Part shown: positions 9,581 through 20,200 of the stretch, piece by piece | How positions within the stretch are numbered: position 1 is the first letter of the stretch | Layout: every line of letters starts with the position of its first letter | Virus record (IMG/VR): IMGVR_UViG_3300006735_000025 | Coordinates: 1 to 64,000 of that record | Direction: 5' to 3' (one strand) | DNA from: a virus | Length of the DNA stretch: 64,000 nt | Program-made: the position numbers and the translations under genes | Notes under the pieces: model-generated | Told to the model about the DNA's origin: nothing | Databases searched by the model: none | What the model saw: the letters and a program-made list of their open reading frames with translations, nothing else

Positions 9581-12500
9581 TTAATATCCTCCACCACCAC
9601 TACCTCCTAAATTTCTTCCTCTTTTTATATAAGGTGAGTAAAATGTGGTTTTATCAATTATAAATGTTATGTTTTTTGTATTATTTTCTGTTGTTATAGT
9701 TTCACCATTTAAAAGTGGGTAATACCTATTAATTTGTGCGTTATAACTATAAGTTCCTGGTTCAGGTACTAATAGATTAAACTGTGTTGTGATTTTACCA
9801 CTTTTAGTGGATTTAAAACTTTTTAGTTCTTCTTGTACAATGTCACCATTTTCATCAAATACTACCAGTTTTACATCCTCTATTAAATTTAATTTTTTAT
9901 TTATAGTCACATTTACCGTAGGTTCTTTTGTACTAGATAATCCCACCACATCGTATTGTGTTAAATAAAACATTGTTATATTGTCTGAAGATATAAAATC
10001 TGTAGTTCCATCTACAACATAAGTTAAAAATTGTATTCTATTGGTGGCTACCTTTTCAAAATCTACCCCTTCTGTCAAAGCTTGACCATTTAATAATAAC
10101 TGTATACCACCAAAAGGTTCGTAATCTAAATTTATATAGTAATTTGCACTATCCTTATACATTACTGAGGTTGTATCAGTACCAACAGTACCTACTGTCA
10201 ATCTTTGATTATAATAACTCCTATTACTATTTGATGGGTATATTACTTGAACTATGTCACCATTTCTAACAGTTCTAGGTGCCATTTGTAGTCTAATTCC
10301 ATCCCAAAAATAATCACCTGTTGTTTCACCTGTGTAATTATTTTTCCAAGGTGCTGTAACTAAAGAACTTGTTTGGGTTAAAGTTATACCATTAACTATG
10401 ACTTGTACGTTAGATTTTGGTGGGTAAGGTAATGTTAATCCTGACCAAGTAAAAGCACTTTGACTACCTGAAAAATCTGGTACCAAATCTACTGTTTCAC
10501 TTTTAGTTACCATTCTTAAATTAGTTGGTCCACCCGTATTTTTAAAACTTATATTTGGATTATATAATGACGGTTCTTCCGGAGTATTCACTAAACACAT
10601 GTAGTAGTCTTGTGATGAAATATAAGAACCACCTATGTTGTTATATGTGTCAACCCATACTGGGTCTTTTGTACTTTTATCTTTAATTAAAAAAGAAGAC
10701 TTTACGATATATTCCCAAGTAGTCGCTGTAGGCAATCCAGATAATGGTATTTGTGTGGTACTACTTAATGAAATACCTCTTTTCCTATCTTGTTCATTAG
10801 ATAATTCACTCATCGTATTAAAAATGTAACTATACCTAGGTCTTTCCTGTAATTTACTTTGTAAATAATCATAACTATATACCTCCATTTTAAGGTAACT
10901 CTTTTTTAATAACAAATCAGAAGTGTTACCAGATGTATTGGCTGTTATAATTGGTGTGTTACCTGTGTACCCTGATAAATTTATAATTTTTAATGTCTCT
11001 AACTTATTACTATAAACACTTAAACCCTCCAATACCACATTTGGTTCTTTAAATGTTTGTAAAGTAGCTGAAGCTTTTGGTTTTATACTTGGGATTGTTA
11101 GCTCGGAACCACATCTTGGATTATAGTCACAGTTTTTAGAAAATTGTACGTTATTGTTACCTACAACATCACCTAAACTTTGTGATTGTATTGTTACATT
11201 AGGGTCGTAATTTGTGGTTTCTGTTAGTGTTATAGCAGAAGTATTTGATATAAAACTATTGGTTGTTGGTGTTACAGTATAATTTGCAGCTGTACCTGTA
11301 AATCCAACCCCATAAAATATACCGAAACTTGAGTTGGCCATGTAACCTGTTCTTGTACCACCTAAAAATCTTTGTAATTCAGTTCCACTAACCCATGTAG
11401 GTGCACTTTCTGAACTTCCAGACCACGTATTACTGTCTGTCAAATCAAAATTAATTTCGTGATATGTTTTGAATACGTTTGAATCTCCAATATCTGTGGT
11501 TGCACCAGTCGCGTAAGTGTTAGACTTCTCTCCCATTGTTGGTGTCATTTGGATTTTAAACCTTTCTCCTTCATCACCGCTTCTTGTAACTCTAACTTTA
11601 ATAGCTCCTTGGGTTGTCATATATCCACTTTGGGTGTAAGGACTTCTATGTGCTGTATCTGGACTAACAACATCCCTAGGTCCATTTCTTAAAACCACAT
11701 GACTAAATTCTTTGTATTGTGTAGTAACATAGGTTGTTTCTCCTGGGTCTAAACTAGCTTCATAATTTTTTAATTCATTAAGTAATATTGCGTCATATAA
11801 GTCTGCAAATGATTTTCCTCCATCTGAAACACCCTCAACAGATGCTCTTACAGCTATTGTTATAAGACTTAGGAAAATATCATCAATACCGTATCTTTTT
11901 AAAGCTTCATCTGCCGTATCTACCCCACCAGCTTTTAACATCTCTGGATTATCACTGAGGTATTGGAGAATCGCTTGTTCTTGTGACTTTCTAACTATTT
12001 CTTGAATCACCCTATCATCAGATTTTTCTGGACTTCCTTGAATTATTTGTCTCCCATACGCATCCTGTTGGAATCCTCTTGCTGATTGTCCTCTATTAAA
12101 ATTAATAGATGTTCCACTAGTTTGGTCAATATCTAATGTTAGGTAGTGGGTAGCACCACTTTGACCATAGGTACCATCACCATCTCTAAAGTAAGCTAAA
12201 ACTACCGAAGCTGAGCCATTTGAAGTAAATTGTGTTGCTCCGCTTTGGAATAAGTAAACGTCGTGTGTGTAGTCTAAGTAACTACAAGAACTTATTAATG
12301 ATATTGGTCTTGGTGTTACTGTAGATGCTGAAATACTAGATAACCTATATGTACTTTGACAATAGTTATTTTCTAATTTACTAGCGTATTCTTTATAGTC
12401 CGTAACCACATCAGATTCACCAATATAAGGAAATATATTATCAGCTCCTGCATGAGCCAACATAACGTATTTAAATGTATTACTATTTTGTGTTAATATT

Positions 12501-13609
12501 TCTGAAGAAACCGGGTCACCTTTAGTATCTCTATCAGCTAAAGGATTAAATGTTACCCAAGCATAATTAGTAGTACCTGTTGTACTATCCCAAACAAAAA
12601 ACTTATTTAAGTATTGATGATAATAATATGTACCTCTATAAGCTGAACTATTAATTGTGCCACCTGTTAAATCTTTTTGTGTTACAGCTACCACTGGGTC
12701 ACCACCCACAACACCACTAGGGCCACAATTCCAACCCTCTTGACATTCACTACTACCACTCACCCCTAAATACCACCATCTACCCGTATCTGTAGTTCTA
12801 GCTGTATTTGGATTTACGTCTGGGTACCTCATCGCCCCACCACTAGCAGAATTACCAGTAAAAAACCAGTGACCTACCCCATCTAAAACGTGACCATAGT
12901 TATTTAAACCAGTAGTATGTAAATCTGCACCTACTGAATACCCATTTCCACCATAATAAACTTTAGAGTTTGCAAAATGTGAGTTTATTGTGTAAGCGGA
13001 TGTTATAGCTGAAAGTCTAAAAGCTGGGTTACTTGTTGCTGATACACTTATTGTTGAAGCTGTACACTCTGAATCTGTAACTTTAAAATGTCTAGTTAAA
13101 CTTTGTTCTCTACCAACACTTAACAAATACTCACCATTAGTTAAATCTTTAAATACTACTGGTGTTTGTGTGTCTGCAGTAGCGATAGTTCTTTGTCTTA
13201 ATAAACCCCCATCTTTATATAATGAATAGTTAAAAGTAGAAGCTGTATATTGCCCAAATAAATTAAGAGTTCCTGATGAATAAACCGTAACTTCACAATA
13301 TTGGTTTGGATTTGTAATACACAAAGATGACGTTATATCGGCAGAAAACGTAGGGTTTGTATAAGCTGAAAGTTTAACATTTGTAGTACCAACATTACCA
13401 TTTGAATCTGTTATAGTAGCTTTGTAAACCCCCTCAGCTAAATTATATTGGTCCCATAAAGTAGATGTCACATAACCATTTACTGTAGCACCAGACCAAC
13501 TAACAGTCCATGGTCCAGTACCACCACTAACATTTACCACATTAATAGCCCCAATTGACTGTCCAGATACCGTAGGGGTTACATAATATTCATTAAGAAA
13601 TGCACTCAT
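9581..13609 (-). CDS. Large virion/fibre protein with an N-terminal SprB-like repeat and C-terminal GGGGY (1342 aa)
   Basis: GAINVVNVSGGTGPWTVSWS...NLAEGVYKATITDSNG resembles the Bacteroidota SprB repeat. Two VNG/LNG-x-x-L beta modules lie near the C-terminus. Ends GGSGGGGY. Confidence 0.6.
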   Translation of the reverse strand: MSAFLNEYYVTPTVSGQSIGAINVVNVSGGTGPWTVSWSGATVNGYVTSTLWDQYNLAEGVYKATITDSNGNVGTTNVKLSAYTNPTFSADITSSLCITNPNQYCEVTVYSSGTLNLFGQYTASTFNYSLYKDGGLLRQRTIATADTQTPVVFKDLTNGEYLLSVGREQSLTRHFKVTDSECTASTISVSATSNPAFRLSAITSAYTINSHFANSKVYYGGNGYSVGADLHTTGLNNYGHVLDGVGHWFFTGNSASGGAMRYPDVNPNTARTTDTGRWWYLGVSGSSECQEGWNCGPSGVVGGDPVVAVTQKDLTGGTINSSAYRGTYYYHQYLNKFFVWDSTTGTTNYAWVTFNPLADRDTKGDPVSSEILTQNSNTFKYVMLAHAGADNIFPYIGESDVVTDYKEYASKLENNYCQSTYRLSSISASTVTPRPISLISSCSYLDYTHDVYLFQSGATQFTSNGSASVVLAYFRDGDGTYGQSGATHYLTLDIDQTSGTSINFNRGQSARGFQQDAYGRQIIQGSPEKSDDRVIQEIVRKSQEQAILQYLSDNPEMLKAGGVDTADEALKRYGIDDIFLSLITIAVRASVEGVSDGGKSFADLYDAILLNELKNYEASLDPGETTYVTTQYKEFSHVVLRNGPRDVVSPDTAHRSPYTQSGYMTTQGAIKVRVTRSGDEGERFKIQMTPTMGEKSNTYATGATTDIGDSNVFKTYHEINFDLTDSNTWSGSSESAPTWVSGTELQRFLGGTRTGYMANSSFGIFYGVGFTGTAANYTVTPTTNSFISNTSAITLTETTNYDPNVTIQSQSLGDVVGNNNVQFSKNCDYNPRCGSELTIPSIKPKASATLQTFKEPNVVLEGLSVYSNKLETLKIINLSGYTGNTPIITANTSGNTSDLLLKKSYLKMEVYSYDYLQSKLQERPRYSYIFNTMSELSNEQDRKRGISLSSTTQIPLSGLPTATTWEYIVKSSFLIKDKSTKDPVWVDTYNNIGGSYISSQDYYMCLVNTPEEPSLYNPNISFKNTGGPTNLRMVTKSETVDLVPDFSGSQSAFTWSGLTLPYPPKSNVQVIVNGITLTQTSSLVTAPWKNNYTGETTGDYFWDGIRLQMAPRTVRNGDIVQVIYPSNSNRSYYNQRLTVGTVGTDTTSVMYKDSANYYINLDYEPFGGIQLLLNGQALTEGVDFEKVATNRIQFLTYVVDGTTDFISSDNITMFYLTQYDVVGLSSTKEPTVNVTINKKLNLIEDVKLVVFDENGDIVQEELKSFKSTKSGKITTQFNLLVPEPGTYSYNAQINRYYPLLNGETITTENNTKNITFIIDKTTFYSPYIKRGRNLGGSGGGGY

Positions 13610-13621
13610 ACTTTACAAAAT

Positions 13622-16600
13622 TTAATATCCACCCCCACCACCTGAGGATGTTGTACTACTACCATAACTTACTGGTGTTGGGTTGGTGTAGTTTAGTTTA
13701 TTAGTCGTATAAAAATCTCCTCCCATGATTGGTGTTAGGTCATCATGTGATTCTAATGTGTGTACCGCTCCGACCATAGGGGTACTATCATGTATGTGAT
13801 AAAAGCCAACATAGACATCTCCATTAGGAAGTAAATACTCATCACCAGATGTGTATAAATTACTTTTATCACCAATACAATCTTTTGTGAATACTTTTGG
13901 TGTACATGTATTACCTACATTAGCACAATAATCTTCAGCTTTTTCCTCACACTCCCCACAATCAAATAAAGATGTGTCTGTTATTACATCTGTAGTACCA
14001 TAAAATGGATGTAAATTTTTTGTAAATTTAGTATCTTCACAAACACAATAAAAACTACATTTAAAACCTTCATCTGCTTTTATTTGTGTTATAGGTTCTG
14101 ACCTACTTGTTTTAATTATAACTGGTTGACCATCTATTGTTAATTGATTGTCAACATTATCTAATTGTTCCATAATTTTTATTTCACTTTCAATTAGGTC
14201 ATATTTTTCTTGTAAGGTAGGGGTAAAACAAGGTACGTATATTGTATCTTTTGGTGTTATAACTATGTAATGTTCTTTGTGTACACCTCTAACGTTTGAT
14301 ATTGTATTTTTTATAACATAACTGTGACTTATTTGTGGAAATTTATAGTTACATATTATAGAGTCCTTTTGGTTATACCTAGGTAAGTTAAAAACTAATA
14401 TTCCCGATTTCATCTGAACTAAATCTTTTCGGTTTGGTATGTAATAATCGGTTAATTCATTTTGTTCTAATTGTTTTGCCCAATTATTAGTTGGTGTTTC
14501 ACTAGATATATCTAATTTAAGTGTTTTAATATTTGTCTCATTATCTATAAAAGTTAAATTTTTAAAAGTTTCTGTTGTAACTATAGGTGCTGTAATAGGA
14601 CTGTAGTTTGGGTTTATTACGTATAGGGTACCTTTTGTAGTTTGTTCAGTTTCTATCCCACCAGCATCTATAAATTTTTGTGGTGAAGATATTTTTTGTG
14701 GGTTGACAAATAAACTTTTTTGTAATGTTGATGTACTTCCAGTGGTTGGACTATATTTTGTTACTCTATAAAATGGGGACTCTATTGGGTTTCCCGATAA
14801 ATCCATTTTATGACCTAAATTAACTTCAACTGTAGCGTCACCACCAGTAACTTTAGATACTGACTTAAATGTTAAATTATATTTTAACATTACAGTTTCA
14901 CCACTATTTAGACTAATTAGACCAGTATCTAATATAATTGGTACTCTGGTGTGATACACAGTATTAGCGGATGTACCGGAAGCGTAACAATTACTAAACC
15001 CACTAAACGTATTTTGTACAATATTGGTTGATTCTGTTAAATATTGATTAGCGGAACTGTTTGTTGTTGGACTTGCACCTATAGTGGTACTTACAAGATT
15101 ACTGGTAACCCCACTTATAGTTTCTTTTTCTAAAAAAATATTAAGGTCAAAATTTAACAACCCACTATCACTATTTAAACCATGTTTTCCTGGAAAATAA
15201 ACACCTTCAGTATCTTCTTTTACCGTTTCACCTTCGGTTAAACCATATTCTAGTATCGACGCGTTTATTAATCTTTTTATTTCATATTCTGTAGAAGGGT
15301 AAGAAATAGATGATGTAGTTCCGGATAGGTAATTAGTAGTTAAGTACTCACACCATTTAGTATCTTTATATTTAAAATCTAAGTAGGCACTGTATTGAAA
15401 TTTGTATGTCCCACCACTTAGACTTTTATATATAGTGTAATTTTTAGGGTCACCACTTTGTATTGTAACAGGTCCCGAACCAGATAACGAATTTGTTGTT
15501 CCTGTTTGAGCTGAAAGACTTTGCCAAGAATTAAGTGGTACCCAAATAGGTGAAGTAACACCTACAAAAGGTCGATGTTCTATTCTTTTAGTATTATTTA
15601 AAGGTATTACTATTCCTGTTGTTGGTGATGTTACAGCTGTATATCCATTCCCTGAAAAGTATATATCATAGGTGTTTTGTCCAGTAATACCACCTGAAGT
15701 ATAACCTGTATATTTAGTTGAGGCACTGAAAGATTCCTTTATTGTGGAGTATGTTGTGGCGAAAAAATCATTTCTTAAATCGTATATTGGAGAGTAGTAT
15801 TCCAATTCACAAGTCCAACATTTTTGATACCCTAATTCAGCTTGTTTTTTTCTACATGTATCAGCACAAGATTCCGAAACTTGTGGTGAAACGATAACTG
15901 TTTCTAATTTTTCTAAATTATCATTAGAATATTTACAAGCACACTCAGTTCCTTTATATGTTATATTTTTTTCACTATATTCATTAACTAAAGTTCTTTT
16001 TGATGGACAAACTGTTAAACTTTTAAGTTCACTACCACCATAATAAGAAATTGTTAAATCATTAAAATAATCATGATTTGTTCTAGTAATCCACTGATTA
16101 ATACTATTATATGTACGTGGTTGTGTTTTACCGTAATCTGTAGTGTAAGTTTCTATGTTAGCTATTTGGGTTTCTTTTAGACTTTGTTCAAAACTATTTA
16201 AGTGTTCAGGACTGTAAAAACTAAATTCAACACACCTATTTAAATCTGTAAAATATCTATTATCCCTTAACTCATCTACCCAACTTAGTGGGTAATTAGT
16301 AATACCCCTATTAAAATATGGTGAACTAGCTACTATTTTATTATTTTCTAATTTTCTAGAAATATTGTATGGCAATTCTTTTTCACTATCTTTTAAAAAA
16401 TCACCTAAGGTAAGTTTATATTTTTCTTCATTTTTAACTATAAAAATTTCTGAAGATTTTAAATAATAATCTGTATATTCTTGATTTAAAGAATTAAAAT
16501 AATCAAAATAATTAAACTTAACTTGCCCCAGTTCCAAATCTTTGGTTGTCATTTCAACATAACTAGTAGGTGCTTTATCTAGAGTTTTAATCCTTCTAGG

Positions 16601-17272
16601 TTCTACCAATGTTACTTTGTCAATATCACCTGTTTTATCTTTAAAATACTTTCTAACTAAACCTACGTGAGTCCCTGGTAACCCCAATTTAAAAAATATA
16701 CTAGTTACTGGCCCTGTAGTACTAAAAGCTCTTATGTCAATATCAAAACCTAAACCTAAAAGTTTTTTAGAATTTATTTTTTCCTCTGACATTCCAGGTA
16801 ACAACATTTCTACCTGATGTGTTTTACCGTTTAGTGGTGGTGAAAACGCTTGTAACGCTGCTGTTTCACCCGGTAAAAATATTTCTCTAGTAGATAATAA
16901 AGATTTATTTGTTTTATTACCAACTTGTCCTAAAGATAATGTTCTATTATTTTCTCTATGTAGTCTCAATATAAAATCAGATGAAAATTCTTTTTTGTCT
17001 AATTTATTTTCACCCATTTTAAAATGTTCAGATTTAAAATATAAAAACCCTTCTATTAAATTTTTACCTTTATATGACAAATACAGTTGTACTGGCATAC
17101 TTACGTCATAATCCATTGTAATGTATAATGTTTTATTAAACTTTTTCCCGTATTGGTTGCCTGTAACATAAACTTTAACCTGAAGAGTATCTGTAACCTG
17201 TCTTAAATCTATAAGTTTACTGTATTTTACAATATCACTGTTATTTTTTATATTTTTTTCTATACCATCCAT
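13622..17272 (-). CDS. Large virion structural protein with C-terminal GGGGGY (1216 aa)
   Basis: Sits in the structural cluster, coupled to the upstream gene by a TAATG overlap at 17272. Has a His-containing C-terminal module (YVGFYHIH...MVGAVH) and ends SSGGGGGY. Confidence 0.55.
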   Translation of the reverse strand: MDGIEKNIKNNSDIVKYSKLIDLRQVTDTLQVKVYVTGNQYGKKFNKTLYITMDYDVSMPVQLYLSYKGKNLIEGFLYFKSEHFKMGENKLDKKEFSSDFILRLHRENNRTLSLGQVGNKTNKSLLSTREIFLPGETAALQAFSPPLNGKTHQVEMLLPGMSEEKINSKKLLGLGFDIDIRAFSTTGPVTSIFFKLGLPGTHVGLVRKYFKDKTGDIDKVTLVEPRRIKTLDKAPTSYVEMTTKDLELGQVKFNYFDYFNSLNQEYTDYYLKSSEIFIVKNEEKYKLTLGDFLKDSEKELPYNISRKLENNKIVASSPYFNRGITNYPLSWVDELRDNRYFTDLNRCVEFSFYSPEHLNSFEQSLKETQIANIETYTTDYGKTQPRTYNSINQWITRTNHDYFNDLTISYYGGSELKSLTVCPSKRTLVNEYSEKNITYKGTECACKYSNDNLEKLETVIVSPQVSESCADTCRKKQAELGYQKCWTCELEYYSPIYDLRNDFFATTYSTIKESFSASTKYTGYTSGGITGQNTYDIYFSGNGYTAVTSPTTGIVIPLNNTKRIEHRPFVGVTSPIWVPLNSWQSLSAQTGTTNSLSGSGPVTIQSGDPKNYTIYKSLSGGTYKFQYSAYLDFKYKDTKWCEYLTTNYLSGTTSSISYPSTEYEIKRLINASILEYGLTEGETVKEDTEGVYFPGKHGLNSDSGLLNFDLNIFLEKETISGVTSNLVSTTIGASPTTNSSANQYLTESTNIVQNTFSGFSNCYASGTSANTVYHTRVPIILDTGLISLNSGETVMLKYNLTFKSVSKVTGGDATVEVNLGHKMDLSGNPIESPFYRVTKYSPTTGSTSTLQKSLFVNPQKISSPQKFIDAGGIETEQTTKGTLYVINPNYSPITAPIVTTETFKNLTFIDNETNIKTLKLDISSETPTNNWAKQLEQNELTDYYIPNRKDLVQMKSGILVFNLPRYNQKDSIICNYKFPQISHSYVIKNTISNVRGVHKEHYIVITPKDTIYVPCFTPTLQEKYDLIESEIKIMEQLDNVDNQLTIDGQPVIIKTSRSEPITQIKADEGFKCSFYCVCEDTKFTKNLHPFYGTTDVITDTSLFDCGECEEKAEDYCANVGNTCTPKVFTKDCIGDKSNLYTSGDEYLLPNGDVYVGFYHIHDSTPMVGAVHTLESHDDLTPIMGGDFYTTNKLNYTNPTPVSYGSSTTSSGGGGGY

Positions 17273-20200
17273 TATAGACTATCTTGATATTTTTGTTTTC
17301 CTAAATCGAATTTATAACCCCAAGGTTCTTTTTTATTCTTACTTAAAGGTAAAGCTCTTTTAACTCTAAACATTATATTATTATTCATTGTACTAAGTAT
17401 ATTATAAGCTCCGTTTATTGTGGAGTCATTACTCGCAAATGTTTCTGTAATTAAATTTATACTATTATTAACCCCTTGGTTTGATGTGTTAGCTGAAGTA
17501 CCATTATAATCTCTAAATGAAGCCCAAACTGATTTACACGTAGCACTTAATGGTCTCATCTGTAACACTGAAGTGTTTTCAGGTAAACCACAACAACTAC
17601 ATGATTTGGTTGGTATGTCTGTTATTGTGTCACCATTTATATCTGTACCGTCTATTTTATTTTCTGTACTACCGGTATTTTGACAACCAGAAGAACATGT
17701 AGAACCTGTATTAGGACTTGTCAACCCTACCCAAGGAAAACTTTCTCTACCTGGTTCTCCTGGTGTACCAGTTGCACCACCTCCATCATAAGTACAACTT
17801 CCATCGTTAGCTGTGGCCAAAGAGTTAAAGTTATTAGCACTAGGGTCGGTACATCCAGGAACGTAACCAGTTTTTATTGGGTTGTTAAATCCTGGTAATG
17901 GAAATACTGGGTAGTGTTTGTATGAAAATTTATCCCTATGGAATAATGAGTTTTCTATCTTTACACCACCCTGCCATAAAGTTGTAGCTGGAACTAATTG
18001 TTCAATAATTCTAATCCAATATGTACCTAAACTTTGTGCATAATCTATCATTTTTGTGTAGGTGTATTGGTTGTTTTCACCACATACTTGTTTTAAGTAG
18101 TCTAAATAAAGTATTTGTAAAAGTGGGTAACCACCTGTTTTACCATCATCTATTGTTTGTCTATTTCTTACATTAATAAATGTATTCCAAAAATTATGAA
18201 TAAAGTCTTTAAAAGAATAATCTTTACCATTTAATAGGGTTACTGTGTCATCAACCCCACCTTTTTGTGGAAAAGGTAGTGGTAAAGGTCCACCACTAAA
18301 AGGACAACCACTTAAAGCCGATTGTTTCCAAACATCATAAACCAAACCTTGACCTACGTTTAAAAATATATCTACATTTTTAACATTTAAAATAAATCTT
18401 TCGTGGTGTGTATGATAACCCGCATACCTATTATTTCCAAAAGTGTAATCTCTATCTATATGGGTAAACTCATCTGTTGTTGTCCAAGATTTTTTATCAT
18501 CAACTACGGGTGTTAATCCCCAACCCATATGCATATAGGGAAACCTTCTAAATCTTTCAAGATATGGTGCTCCAGGGTCGTTAGATGTAACACCTGGTGG
18601 TAAGTTACCAAAGAATCCACCCCAACTAAATTGGTTTAATTTAGTTTTTATGCTCGGTGAACAACCTGATAATACTGAATTTTCTAAATCTAATATAGTT
18701 TCACCGTGATGTTCTTCTGTTTCTTCAAACCAACCCGCTCCTCTTTGGAAATAATAATTAGATGTTTCTCTAGGTTGTGTTGGGAATCCGTATTCGTCTA
18801 TTGGGTAATCTTCCCTTATAAATCCGTGTGATTCCGTTTGAGATGACATTATGGTATCAAAATTAAGTGGGTTTAAAACATAACTTTTTGTGGTGGCTAA
18901 TCCACCGGAAATTGGTTGGTAGTCACTTAAAAATCCATCACCAACATCATAACAACCTAATACCTCTATCGCATTTTGTAACTCTATAATGTCTACACCT
19001 TTTTTAGAAACCCATTTAGGTGTAATACTTGTTTCGTTAGTTTCTTCATCTAAACTAATTACTGATGTTAAGTTTTTATGGTGGGTTTGTGTCTGACCTG
19101 GGTGTCCTCCAGGTTTTTTCGTATTTGTTGACGCATTTAATAAAGCTATTAAAGTATTACATCTTGGGTCTTTTATTTTATTACCCATTTTAATTCTTCT
19201 ATCTGCTAGAACAACATACTCATTAAATTCAATTAATGCTTCTGGAGCACCTATAAACTTTAATAAAAATTCTATAGCTTTTCTTGTACCTTTAGATTTA
19301 AATAAATAAGATGTATTCATTAATATCCTTCTATATATTTCAACATCTAATTCTGCTGGTGTAACACCTATTGACTCACCAGAATATTGTGGTTCATACC
19401 TATCTAATACTGTATCCAAAAATTGTTCCTTTGTTGTTGTTGAAGGTGTTTTCCAACCTAACATTTTTGCTAGATTTTTTAATAATTGATTTGGTACATT
19501 ATTTTTACCTTCGTAAGTTACATTATTCATGTAAGCTATACCATCTATAAACTTTTTAACTTCGTCAAAACTTCTACCATATATTTGTAAAGTTTTTTCT
19601 ACTTTTCTACCACCTGTGTCAAAATCTTTTAAAGCTCCTGTTGTTAAAAATCTTGAAACTAAATTTGTTTTGTACCCATCTATTTCATCACCTATATCTA
19701 CTAATTTTTTTAAGTAATTAGTATATTTTTCTGTTGTTATATCTATGTTCCATAAATCTTGTTTTTCCCAGATTAATTCCTCTATTTGGTTATAGTTTCT
19801 TCCATCTTCAGTTTGTCTAGGTAATACTAACTCTGCTTTATATTGTGGAACACTTTGTTGATTTAGTAAGAATTTTTCTACAGATTCAAAATCATTAAAT
19901 TGATTTTGTGTTTCAAAATTATTTGGTTTTATATAGAAATTTGTTGTAGATGTTGTCGCTGTAGGTCCGAATGGTGCTCCCGATATAACAATGGTTAACC
20001 CTGTGGTACCTTCTTCTATAGGTGTATAGTCTATTACTGGATATTGTGTGGTTCCACTCCCACTAAAACTTAAACAATATTTTTTATATTCTAATGAAAA
20101 ATTTCTTAATGGTGATATTTTTCCTTTTTCAGCTTTAACTGAAGTTGTGGTGATTTTATCTGTGGTTGGGTCACTTATTAAGTAATCAACCTCTAAAGAA

